Shown here: positions 48,608 to 57,743 of the stretch, one piece after another
Layout of the letters: every line of letters begins with the position of its first letter
Numbering within the stretch: position 1 is the first letter of the stretch
NCBI GenBank assembly: GCA_964012805.1
Contig: CAXGUD010000003.1
Coordinates: 32,001 to 96,000 of the forward strand
Length of the DNA stretch: 64,000 nt
Direction: 5' to 3'
Origin: an uncultured Bacteriovoracaceae bacterium
Lineage (GTDB): Bacteria > Bdellovibrionota > Bacteriovoracia > Bacteriovoracales > Bacteriovoracaceae
Notes under the pieces: model-generated
Seen by the model: the letters and a program-made list of their open reading frames with translations, nothing else
Told to the model about the DNA's origin: nothing
Database searches by the model: none
Translations under genes and position numbers: made by a program

Positions 48608-48639
48608 AGGACAGAAAAGATGATTCTGTCCTTTTTTTT
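48608..48639 (+). terminator. Rho-independent terminator of the small basic protein gene
   Basis: AGGACAGAA-loop-TTCTGTCCT followed by a T run. Confidence 0.8.
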
Positions 48640-48697
48640 CGTATTCTTTCTGATTTTGATAATGTTTTGTTTCCATTTGATCTGATTCCCGTTTTCT

Positions 48698-49201
48698 TTA
48701 GAATGATATTTCGTAAGATTCTTTTTTATCTTTTTGGACTTCCTTCTTTTTATCTCCGTTTTTTATAGGAACGTAAGGGAATCCCCATAACGTTTTTCCT
48801 AAATGGGGAATTAAAGCTTTTAAGTTTTTTGTAGGAATGGCTACGAGGTAACTCTTTTGATTATTTTCTAAAGACCAAGCTGATCCTTTGTTTTTTATTT
48901 GAGGAAGAAGGAAGGCTTTTTTCACAAGTGTTTTTTTGCTTTCATCTAGTAAGGAAAAAGGTTTAGGTCCACTTCTTGAATCATAGGGAAAGGCAAGGGT
49001 AATAAAAAGATTTAGCTCCGTAGATTTTTGGTCAAAGTACTTCTGTCCAGTTAAACGGCTACTGTTTAATGGATCTTTTTTCGTAGATGAAAGAAGACAA
49101 CTTCCTAAAATCGCTAAGAAGAAATTACCCAAGAGCATAATTGACGAGTTTTTTAAGGAAAGTGGTCTTGAAAAAGGAAATCCTTTTAGACTTTCTTTCA
49201 T
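48698..49201 (-). CDS. Hypothetical membrane-anchored protein in the CpaB position of the Tad locus
   Basis: Single N-terminal TM, directly downstream of the flp gene. Confidence 0.6.
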   Translation of the reverse strand: MKESLKGFPFSRPLSLKNSSIMLLGNFFLAILGSCLLSSTKKDPLNSSRLTGQKYFDQKSTELNLFITLAFPYDSRSGPKPFSLLDESKKTLVKKAFLLPQIKNKGSAWSLENNQKSYLVAIPTKNLKALIPHLGKTLWGFPYVPIKNGDKKKEVQKDKKESYEISF

Positions 49202-49215
49202 TAGGCCATCCTTTT

Positions 49216-49413
49216 TTATTTATCCATTGGAAGGTTTTTTGTGATGCTGGTTTTTATATAATTGAGTCTTTTTTCCAGGACCTGACCGATTCTTTTCATT
49301 GCGAAGAGGCAGAAAATGCCTATTAAGCTAGAAATAATAATGTACTCTAAAGTGGCTTGACCTTTTCTGCCCTTTGTTTTTTCCCAGAACTTTCTTCTTA
49401 ATTTTTCCAACAT
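49216..49413 (-). CDS. flp: Flp/Fap type IVb pilin
   Basis: Basic leader, G|QATLEY prepilin motif with E+5/Y+6, hydrophobic helix; start ATG 49413 behind GAGGGG. Confidence 0.85.
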   Translation of the reverse strand: MLEKLRRKFWEKTKGRKGQATLEYIIISSLIGIFCLFAMKRIGQVLEKRLNYIKTSITKNLPMDK

Positions 49414-49630
49414 ATTTTTGCCCCTCGCTTTATTCAAGCCTCGAAATGCCCTCAAATATGGGCTGTTTTTCTTTTTCTTTTGCAAAAAAGCTTTGAAGAC
49501 TATTTGTTTGTAAGCACTTGAAACAAAAGAAAGGTCATTTTTAGAGGTTAAAAGTATTGAACTTTAAGAAAGATTTTTTGGATGATTAAACTTGATTGCA
49601 TCTCATTGACTCCAATATTAAAATAAGATT

Positions 49631-50410
49631 ATGGATGAAAAAACTAATTTTTATGTATTCGCAAAGAAAGAGATTGCTCTTATTTTCCTCTTTATGATTG
49701 TTATTGCGGTCACTTCATTTGTTCTAGGCGTTAAGGTTGGCAAGTCATACAGCTATGAAAAAGCTGGTTTTACGAAAGAGGATAGGGAAAATATTCTTAT
49801 GAATTCCCGGTCTGAAGAAGTTGTCGAAGACTTGGTTAAAAAAGATAAGTCTACTGAGGAGGACAAAAAGTTAAAAAGAAAGAAAGTCCTTGACTCGACC
49901 TATGAAAAACTGGAGGAAGAATTCAATAAGCTTGATCAAGATGTTAACAAGGCAGAGCCGCCTGAAGCATCTGCTCCACAGGTGAAGCAAGATAAGGCAA
50001 CTCTTCAAGCTTCAAGTCCTTCGACGAAAAAAAAAGAGGAAAAAGTTGACCCAGCGTCTATCGTAAGCGGGAGCCCGAAAGCTCTGGAAAAGAAAGCTCC
50101 TCCAGAGATGACCTATGAAGAGCCGGCACAGATGGTCGTTCCAGAAGCATCAATGAGAGACCAAGTGAGAGGAAAGTTCACTATTCAACTAGGCTCATAT
50201 CAAAGCATGGTTGATGCACAGAGTTTTGCTGATGGTTTCCGCGTAAGGGGCTATAAGGTTATCGTTAATGAGGTGGAACTTAATGGGAGAGGAATTTGGT
50301 TCCGTGTCAGTCTAGGTATCTTTGATTCGGTTTCAGAGGCCAAGAGTTATGTTCTTAGAGAAAAAGTGCTCTTTAAAGGGCAGGACTATGTTATTGGTAG
50401 ATTTAACTAG
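49631..50410 (+). CDS. SPOR domain membrane protein
   Basis: N-terminal TM, low-complexity linker, FTIQLGSY...WFRVSLGIF SPOR domain. Confidence 0.88.
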   Translation: MDEKTNFYVFAKKEIALIFLFMIVIAVTSFVLGVKVGKSYSYEKAGFTKEDRENILMNSRSEEVVEDLVKKDKSTEEDKKLKRKKVLDSTYEKLEEEFNKLDQDVNKAEPPEASAPQVKQDKATLQASSPSTKKKEEKVDPASIVSGSPKALEKKAPPEMTYEEPAQMVVPEASMRDQVRGKFTIQLGSYQSMVDAQSFADGFRVRGYKVIVNEVELNGRGIWFRVSLGIFDSVSEAKSYVLREKVLFKGQDYVIGRFN

Positions 50411-50664
50411 AGCTTTATTAAACCTTGAAAAACTTTATCCCTTTCAAAAATTTATCAAAATAGAACATCCTTTGGAGGCTTTTTTTGCCTCGCATCTAAA
50501 TGTAAGAGAAATCTCCTCCCAGGTCTTCTCTAGTATCAGGATAAATTGTTAAAATTTAGAAAATAAGAAAACTGCTTCAAAATCCTCTCAGTTTACTCTA
50601 AATTGAGGAACAGAATAATTGCTAGGCAGTTAAATAAAGAGCTGCTTGAAAAAAGAGGTCAGTT

Positions 50665-51768
50665 ATGAGTGATTTTGTGATAAACTCGGAAACTTTTGCC
50701 CTTATAATGGCCGGCGGAAAAGGGACTCGCTTTTGGCCAGAGTCGACTGAAAGCAAGCCGAAGCAGTATTTGAGTTTATTAGGTGAGAAGTCACTATTAA
50801 AGCAAACAATTGATCGTTTGGATGGATTTGCCCCCTGTGAAAATACTTTTGTTGTTACAGTCAAAGATCAAGAAGGTTTGATAAAGGACAATATGAAAGG
50901 GAGGCTTCCTACTCAGAATGTAATTTTTGAACCTTCAGGTAGAAACACAGCTCCGTGTATCTTATTGTCATTAGCAGAGCTTCTTGATAGGGGAGCATCG
51001 CCTGAAGATGCTGTTGTTATTATGCCATCGGATCATGTGATTTTGAATGAGTCGGGTTTTAAAACCACACTAGAAAAAGCAACTCATCAAGCGGTCAAGT
51101 ATGACTCTATTGTTGTCATTGGTATCCAACCTCATTTTCCTCATACGGGTTATGGATATATAGAGAAAGGTGAGAAGAGGGGAGAAGAACAGCTTAACCT
51201 CTATAAAGTTCGTTCTTTCAAAGAAAAACCATCGAAGGAAAAAGCCATTGATTATTTGAAAAGCGGCTTATACTTTTGGAATGCAGGTCTTTTTATTTCT
51301 AAAATTGGTGTTTTATTGGAGGAATTTAAGACGCATGCGAACTCGAGTTATTCTTATTTTTCGGAAATTCAAAAATTGCTAAAAAACCGCGAGAGTATTG
51401 AGAAAACATATTTGAAGTTACAAAGCCAATCGATTGATTATGCTGTGATGGAAAAGTCCCAAAGGGTTATGGTCGTTCCAGCTGAGTTTGATTGGAGTGA
51501 TTTGGGTTCCTGGGAAGCATTAGAAGAGGTTTTAAGCCCTGAGGATGGCAATACTTTGGTTAAAGTTGAGGGCCATTATGTTAATGAAGCTGAAGGAAAT
51601 ATTGTTTTTGCTCCAGGGAAGTTCGTTTCTCTTGTTGGGGTAAAAGATTTAGTCGTGGTCAGTAATGAAAAGGTTTTAATGGTCATGCCTAAATCAGATT
51701 CCCAAAAAGTTAAGGAAATTGTTGATGCTTTGAAGGTGCGTGAGGAACCTTATAGAGAGCTTTTGTAA
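50665..51768 (+). CDS. manC: Mannose-1-phosphate guanylyltransferase
   Basis: MAGGKGTRFWP, PKQY, EPSGRNTAP, PSDH, TGYGYI, FKEKP, WNAG, SIDYAVME, WSDLGSW. Confidence 0.93.
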   Translation: MSDFVINSETFALIMAGGKGTRFWPESTESKPKQYLSLLGEKSLLKQTIDRLDGFAPCENTFVVTVKDQEGLIKDNMKGRLPTQNVIFEPSGRNTAPCILLSLAELLDRGASPEDAVVIMPSDHVILNESGFKTTLEKATHQAVKYDSIVVIGIQPHFPHTGYGYIEKGEKRGEEQLNLYKVRSFKEKPSKEKAIDYLKSGLYFWNAGLFISKIGVLLEEFKTHANSSYSYFSEIQKLLKNRESIEKTYLKLQSQSIDYAVMEKSQRVMVVPAEFDWSDLGSWEALEEVLSPEDGNTLVKVEGHYVNEAEGNIVFAPGKFVSLVGVKDLVVVSNEKVLMVMPKSDSQKVKEIVDALKVREEPYRELL

Positions 51769-51780
51769 AAGGGTTTATGT

Positions 51781-52482
51781 CTACCAAGGCAACCTTTCCC
51801 CTTCTAGGTTATAAAAGCAGCCTGATTGAGATAAATCTGATTTCAAAATGACTTTTAATAACTTTTGAGCTGATTCTTGAGGCTGAATAGGAGCATCTTC
51901 TCCACCCATCCGTGTTTTTACCCATCCAGGGTGGAGGTTGAGTGTTACCATATCGGGGAACTCTAAAGAAAGGTTTTTACTAAACATATTAAGTCCTGCT
52001 TTAGAAATTCTGTAATCATAAGATGAAGAGAATGCTGCATTAAATTGAATAGAGCCTAAAATACTTGAAATATTGGCGACTTTGGGATTTTCACTATTCA
52101 TTAAATAGGGCAAAAGAGCTTGAGTGACCAGGATTGGTCCCAATAGGTTGACTTGAATTGAGTCATTTAAGTTTTCTCTAGAGAGTCTTTCTATCGCAGG
52201 TTCGACTTCTCTGTGGTAAACGCCTGCATTGTTTATAAGAATGTCTAAAGTAAGGTCTTTTGGGACATGTTGAACAATCTGCTCTTTAACATTTTCTTGG
52301 GTCACATCGAGTTTAATTAGATGAAGTTTTTGATGAAATTGTTTTTTTAAATCTTTGACTCCATTTACGTCCTCATTATTTAGGTTTCTAACAGTTCCGT
52401 AAACTTCCATCTTTTCCTGTAGCATGGCTTCCGCTAACGCTAACCCAATACCTCTGCTAATACCTGTAATGAAAACTTTCAC
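51781..52482 (-). CDS. Short-chain dehydrogenase, C-factor (CsgA)-like
   Basis: TGISRGIG, INNAG, YRISKAGLN, LHPGWVKTRMGG, ends LPW. Confidence 0.88.
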   Translation of the reverse strand: MKVFITGISRGIGLALAEAMLQEKMEVYGTVRNLNNEDVNGVKDLKKQFHQKLHLIKLDVTQENVKEQIVQHVPKDLTLDILINNAGVYHREVEPAIERLSRENLNDSIQVNLLGPILVTQALLPYLMNSENPKVANISSILGSIQFNAAFSSSYDYRISKAGLNMFSKNLSLEFPDMVTLNLHPGWVKTRMGGEDAPIQPQESAQKLLKVILKSDLSQSGCFYNLEGERLPW

Positions 52483-52696
52483 TTAATAGTCCTTTTTCGT
52501 GCAAATATTTTAATAACTTTTATAATTTTCTTTCTTTAAGGAAAGCTCCTATTATTAATACTTGTCAATGCTAAACTTATTAGTCTAACGAATTTTTTAC
52601 AAATATAGTAAAACAGTTAAAATTACATTATAGGCTTCAGGAACGAGCTATTTTTATAAGAGAACGCTATAAAGCATTTGATTTTTTCTAAAGGAT

Positions 52697-53995
52697 TTGA
52701 AAAAAATGAAAACGACTTCCTTACTTTTATTCTTATTGGTCTCAGTTAGTATCGAAGCCAGTTGTCCTGGTAAAAACTCTCTTCCTTGCAAATCCTATAA
52801 TCAAGAAAAAAATATCTATCAAGCAAGGTATAAAAAAAGAAATTTCATCTATGAGGGAGTCTTAAATCAAAGTTATAAAGATTTAAAGCCTTATGAAAAG
52901 CAAGGGGTCCTTTGGCAAGAAATAGTTAAATCCGAGATTTCACCTAGTACCAATCTATGGGATTCTTCCTTTATTTTAAAAGGGCTAGGAGGAAGGCACG
53001 GTGTGAGTCATTCTCTTCACGCTTGGGCTTTTGAGACTGACGCTATTAAGCCAGGTGGAAAAAAAAAGGGTAAGTCAGTTAAGTTTACTCATACTCATGG
53101 CGTTGTCGCTAAGTGTAACTTTGTTATTAAAATAAAAAATAAGAAGGCTTTTCAACATTATACTGGTTTATTTAGTCTTGATAAAAATACAAATAAAATA
53201 CCTTGCTTGATTAGGCTTTCTATTTTGAATATGCAAGACTTTGGGCCAGGCGTTGCCATCAAGTTATTTCAGGAAAAAGGTCCTTCCATCAATAACCATT
53301 TCCTCTATAGACTCGAGGGTTTTAGGCCTAAGGAAATAAAAAATTTTTTTTCTCATATGTTAAGGACTGAGCTTCCCGTTATGGATTTCGATGGAAAAAA
53401 CATCATTACAAAAATGTTTCAGGAAGCGAAAGAAGCAGCTCTTAACCGTTATCTTCCAAAAAGGTTAAGCCCAACAGTTGTCGCAACAGAGCATCTATCT
53501 CCAAAATTAAATCAGATTGCTCCGAAAGATAAATCTTTTAGAAAGTTTGGTGGTTATGAGGGAGGAGTATTCCATCGCCCTCTTCATGTAAATGCAGGGC
53601 ACCCAAATATTTTAAAACCTCTGTATCCTAGGCATTTGGCACTGGTGAGTGAGGGAGCGCTTAATTTGATTAAGGGTGACCCAAAGGAGAAGTCCTTTAA
53701 GCGAAATATGGGAGTAAAGGGTTTTAGGAAGCATTTAATTCGGTATGGTAAAGCTTTAAGAAGTAAAAATTGGCCTCTCTATAAGGTCTATGCTCAACAT
53801 AAATTTATGCCTTGCCATGATAATCCTAAAGAAAATGATAAAGAGCCTTTTTGCACATATATTAAAGACCACACTTTTAAAGTAAGAAATAAGGGCATGA
53901 GTAATGTTGATCAATATGCAGAAGTTTACCTAACAAGTGATTTTAAGGCTTCAGCATTTGGAGATAAATACCTCAATTTTCAACATACGTTTTAG
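52697..53995 (+). CDS. Secreted protein with catalase-like fold motifs
   Basis: Signal peptide; K..HTHGVVAK, YTGLF, IRLS, PGVAIKL, NFFSH, terminal S.FGD..L.FQH. Confidence 0.6.
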   Translation: MKKMKTTSLLLFLLVSVSIEASCPGKNSLPCKSYNQEKNIYQARYKKRNFIYEGVLNQSYKDLKPYEKQGVLWQEIVKSEISPSTNLWDSSFILKGLGGRHGVSHSLHAWAFETDAIKPGGKKKGKSVKFTHTHGVVAKCNFVIKIKNKKAFQHYTGLFSLDKNTNKIPCLIRLSILNMQDFGPGVAIKLFQEKGPSINNHFLYRLEGFRPKEIKNFFSHMLRTELPVMDFDGKNIITKMFQEAKEAALNRYLPKRLSPTVVATEHLSPKLNQIAPKDKSFRKFGGYEGGVFHRPLHVNAGHPNILKPLYPRHLALVSEGALNLIKGDPKEKSFKRNMGVKGFRKHLIRYGKALRSKNWPLYKVYAQHKFMPCHDNPKENDKEPFCTYIKDHTFKVRNKGMSNVDQYAEVYLTSDFKASAFGDKYLNFQHTF

Positions 53996-54028
53996 TCCAG
54001 GGTTTTAATAAACTCATAACTTATAATG

Positions 54029-55342
54029 TTATGAGTAGGATTTTTCAGTTCTTTCTAGGGTATCCTCAAAATGTTTAAGAAAGACCTCTTTAAGGTCTGC
54101 ATTTTTAAAATCTCTAATATCTGCACTGATTTCCTTTTTATTCAAGAGCTCCTTCAGCGCTTTAGAAAAGTTTTCCGGAGAGGAAAGGTTTTTAGGCTTA
54201 AAAGCCACTTCTTGAAGAATAGGGTAGAGCTCTTCTCGTGTTAAGGGTGTTTTTTTAATAAGTTCGTGTAAATAAAATGAAGAAAGGTAAATCGATGTTT
54301 CTTTAACTCGTTTTTCTAAAACATCTTCGTGAATAACAATATTTTGTAAGGTTGAATTAAGCCTTTTAAGAGAATAGTAAAGAATTCCAAAATTATCTGG
54401 CAGAAAGATTCTTTCGGCGCTTGAGTGAGAAATATCTCTTTCATGCCAAAGGGGGATATTTTCCAGGGCCATGGAGACATGACTTCTTAAAATCCGCGCC
54501 ATACCCGTAAGGTTCTCACCAGAAATAGGATTTTTTTTGTGTGGCATGATAGAAGAGCCTTTTTGACCTTTTGAGAAGCCTTCGTGGACTTCTTGAATTT
54601 CTGACCGGTGAAGGTGTCTTATTTCAACTGCAACTCTCTCTATGGCAGAGCCAAGAAGGGCGTGGATGCTAATTAACTTGGCCACGCGGTCTCTAGGAAT
54701 AACTTGGCTTGAAACGGGTTCCCTCTTCAGGTCTAAATGGTTTAGTGCCGATTTCTCTACTTCTGGTGAAATTAAAGTGTAATTTCCAACGGCGCCAGAG
54801 AATTGACCTGTCAGCTCATTTTCAAAGAAGAGTTCTAAGTCCTTTAAGCGGCGGGAGCACTCAGCATAAAAACTGAGCCATTTTTGGCCAAAACTCATCG
54901 GTTCAGCATACATGCCATGAGAGCGTCCCATGGAGAGCGTTTCTTTCGATTTATGAGAAAGCTCTAGGAGTGTCGAGCAGACCTCCTTCAGTGCGGGAAT
55001 TGTTAATTTAAGGGCCTCTTTGATCTGTAGAGTAAGGGCCGTGTCAATGATATCAGAAGAGGTTACCCCAAAGTGGAAGTATTTTGAAATATTGTCGGGC
55101 ATTTGTTCTGTGATAGAGGAACAAAAAGCTATGACGTCATGTTTTGTTTTGGCTTCAATTTCTTCAATTCGAGCGACATTGATTTTTAGAGAGGGAGAAG
55201 TTTTCTCAGTAATCCCTTTTTCCAGAAGACCATGATCTTCCCAAGCTTTAAGTAGTGCCAACTCAGCTTTTAAAAAGCATTCGAACTTAAACTCGTCTGT
55301 CCAAAGACGAGACATCTCTTGTTTGTCATATCTGGATATCAT
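54029..55342 (-). CDS. purB: Adenylosuccinate lyase
   Basis: MISRY, HDVIAF, HFGVTSSD, GRSHG, GSSIMPHKKNP, WHERDISHSSAER. Confidence 0.96.
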   Translation of the reverse strand: MISRYDKQEMSRLWTDEFKFECFLKAELALLKAWEDHGLLEKGITEKTSPSLKINVARIEEIEAKTKHDVIAFCSSITEQMPDNISKYFHFGVTSSDIIDTALTLQIKEALKLTIPALKEVCSTLLELSHKSKETLSMGRSHGMYAEPMSFGQKWLSFYAECSRRLKDLELFFENELTGQFSGAVGNYTLISPEVEKSALNHLDLKREPVSSQVIPRDRVAKLISIHALLGSAIERVAVEIRHLHRSEIQEVHEGFSKGQKGSSIMPHKKNPISGENLTGMARILRSHVSMALENIPLWHERDISHSSAERIFLPDNFGILYYSLKRLNSTLQNIVIHEDVLEKRVKETSIYLSSFYLHELIKKTPLTREELYPILQEVAFKPKNLSSPENFSKALKELLNKKEISADIRDFKNADLKEVFLKHFEDTLERTEKSYS

Positions 55343-55371
55343 TGAACCTCCCAAGAGGCCTCACCTAAGGG

Positions 55372-56142
55372 TTAATAGTAGAGAGTAAGATCTAATCCAA
55401 AAGTCAGTGATGTAAGGATTAGGGCCCTATCTCCAGTTGTCTCATCTTGAGTCAGGGCGGGTCTTCTTACTGAGGCCAAATCGTAAGCCATTTTTAAACC
55501 ATAATGAATAGTTTTACCAACTCTTTGGTGAAGTCCATAAGCAGCTTTGATTCCTGGGCCAACGAATGGACCACTTATACTAGAAGATGACAGCTGGTTA
55601 TAGGTTAGGTAACCGCTTATAGTTTCGAAAAAGGTATTTGAGTCAATAAAATGTTGAATCAGAGAGCTTCTCAGGCCAAAACCGAACCCTCCAGATATAA
55701 GAGACCCGTTAAGACTGGAAGCGTTATCTAGGTCACTCAAAATTTCAAGGTTGGCATTCACCACAGAGCCAAAGATTTCAAAATGGCTTCCACTAGCAAA
55801 CTTAAACCCGTATACAAATTCTCCTCCCATTATTTTAGTTAACTTCACTGGGTTAGCATTCAAAAGTATGCCTATCGTGTAACGGTGGTCATCACTCATC
55901 GTGTTGTAAGTTGCCTCATCAATTCCAGTCTCAGTATCAGTTTCAATGATATCGACACCATGAAGAAAGCCTTTTTCTAGTTCAACCAGCTTCATTTTAT
56001 TTCTTTCTGAGAAGCCTTTATAAAGATCCTCAGTTTTTTGAATAGGAAGGTGAGAGCTTGAAAAAGCTATTTTTGAAAAAATAAGGGCATATAAAAAAAT
56101 GATTTTCAGGTATCTTTTAATAGTTTTCTGAAAGTCCATCAC
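55372..56142 (-). CDS. Hypothetical outer-membrane beta-barrel protein
   Basis: Signal peptide, Gly/aromatic strands, terminal FGLDLTLYY. Confidence 0.6.
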   Translation of the reverse strand: MMDFQKTIKRYLKIIFLYALIFSKIAFSSSHLPIQKTEDLYKGFSERNKMKLVELEKGFLHGVDIIETDTETGIDEATYNTMSDDHRYTIGILLNANPVKLTKIMGGEFVYGFKFASGSHFEIFGSVVNANLEILSDLDNASSLNGSLISGGFGFGLRSSLIQHFIDSNTFFETISGYLTYNQLSSSSISGPFVGPGIKAAYGLHQRVGKTIHYGLKMAYDLASVRRPALTQDETTGDRALILTSLTFGLDLTLYY

Positions 56143-57644
56143 TCTTCTCCTTTATTCTTTGAAAGAAGAGAAATATTTTCTCCGGGAATAAAAGGAACAC
56201 CGATGAGAGAGGCAAGGTTAAACTTTCTTTGGAGGTGTTCATTTAAATAGAGTTCTAATTTTTTTTGAGTTGAGAGCAGTCTATCCAAAGACTTTTTAAA
56301 TTGAATGAGCTGAGTCTTACTTTGTCTATAGTTTTCCAGAGTTTCTCCAAAGGTCTTATCACAGTTTTTTACTTGGGCCTTAAGAAGTGGGATCATTTTT
56401 TGCAAAAACAGCAGGCGTTCATACGACTGAGATAAGTTCCTCTTGAGAGACTTTTTTTGTTGCTTAAGTTCTTGATAAGCTATTGACTGATTTAATGATT
56501 TTTTCTCGAGAGTTCTCTGATTGAAAAAGCCTCCTTCACCAAGAAGACTCCAGGAAGCATTTAAAGTTGCAACAAGGTCAATGTTAGAGTTTCCTGACTC
56601 TGTTTCAAACTTCATAACGCTTTCTTTTTTTCCAAAGAAGTAATGGTAGCTTCCTAGGTTGATGCTAATTTTTGGTAGGGGAAGGTTATCTCTAAAGCTT
56701 TTTTCATAGTCCCTTTGAGAATTGGCAAGGGTTGACCTGGCCTTCCTAAGTTCTGGGTTAGATTCAAGGGAAAGTTCGAGAGCGACTTGAAGAGGAGTGT
56801 CAATTTTTTTAAAGACTAGATCACTTTTTAAAACATAGACTGTCCCCGGCTGATCTCCAAGTAAAGAAGCGAGGTTATTATTAAAAGACCTGGCTTTATG
56901 AAAACTTTCTTGAAAAAGTTCCTGAAGTTCTAAGTAATGACTTCTGGATTCCAGGAATTCCTGTTCTGTAATTTTTTTAAAATTTAACCTTTCTCTATTT
57001 AACCTGTAGATAAAAGAGGAAAAACGCAGACCCTTTTTTGATATTTTTGCTAACTTCTTAAGAGTTAAGAGATTGAAATAGGTTGTAATGATATCCTTTT
57101 CTAATTGGTTTCGTTTTACTTTTAAGTCCTCTTTATTTCTTTTATAATCTTCCTTTATATTGAGAAAGTCCAAATAGTCCTTTCCCCAATTGAATAAAGT
57201 GTAGTTTTCAATGGTAAGTCCGAGAGAGCCCTTGGGAAACTTGTCAGGTCTTGTTGAATTGTTCTGGCCAATAGAAAGTGTTCCAATCCTCTGTGGATTT
57301 GTTTCGGCTTTTATTTTTATTTCTGGCCACCAAAATTTATCCCTTTGATCAGCGTAATTTATATCAAGAATATCTTCCATGTTACTTCTTATTTTTTCAC
57401 TTTGATTATTAAGAAGACCTTGAGAAACCGCTTCTTGTAAACTTAAATGTTTGAACATTTCCTTAAAGGCAAAAAGACTTTTCTCGCTTTTTAGAATATT
57501 AGATGATTCAAGAGGATAGGGCTTTTCATTAATCGTTTCATTTGCTTTTAAATAAAAAGGCTTGTTTAAAGCAGCAATCATTAAGAAGCATGCAAAAAAA
57601 AGATAGGATTGAGAGAAAAAGGAATAATAAGATTTATTTTTCAT
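56139..57644 (-). CDS. TolC family outer-membrane protein
   Basis: LSLQEAV..GL.NN, LFNWG, YFNLL, NPEL, LPKISI; two-repeat helical architecture. Confidence 0.8.
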   Translation of the reverse strand: MKNKSYYSFFSQSYLFFACFLMIAALNKPFYLKANETINEKPYPLESSNILKSEKSLFAFKEMFKHLSLQEAVSQGLLNNQSEKIRSNMEDILDINYADQRDKFWWPEIKIKAETNPQRIGTLSIGQNNSTRPDKFPKGSLGLTIENYTLFNWGKDYLDFLNIKEDYKRNKEDLKVKRNQLEKDIITTYFNLLTLKKLAKISKKGLRFSSFIYRLNRERLNFKKITEQEFLESRSHYLELQELFQESFHKARSFNNNLASLLGDQPGTVYVLKSDLVFKKIDTPLQVALELSLESNPELRKARSTLANSQRDYEKSFRDNLPLPKISINLGSYHYFFGKKESVMKFETESGNSNIDLVATLNASWSLLGEGGFFNQRTLEKKSLNQSIAYQELKQQKKSLKRNLSQSYERLLFLQKMIPLLKAQVKNCDKTFGETLENYRQSKTQLIQFKKSLDRLLSTQKKLELYLNEHLQRKFNLASLIGVPFIPGENISLLSKNKGEE

Positions 57645-57743
57645 CCGAAAAGTCTAAATCATCTTTGAGGTTGTGTGAAGTTTCAGAAATTAAATTTTTT
57701 TAAATGATTAAAATAACGCTAAGCTGTTAAAAAAGGTTTTAGA

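Noticed and set aside
48368..48676. N-terminal 100 aa of the 544-aa secretin ORF in the track
   Set aside because: It is the antisense shadow of the small basic gene and its terminator; secretin-like sequence starts only near 48270
49414..49485. Longer Flp leader from TTG 49485
   Set aside because: ATG 49413 has an SD and gives a normal Flp length
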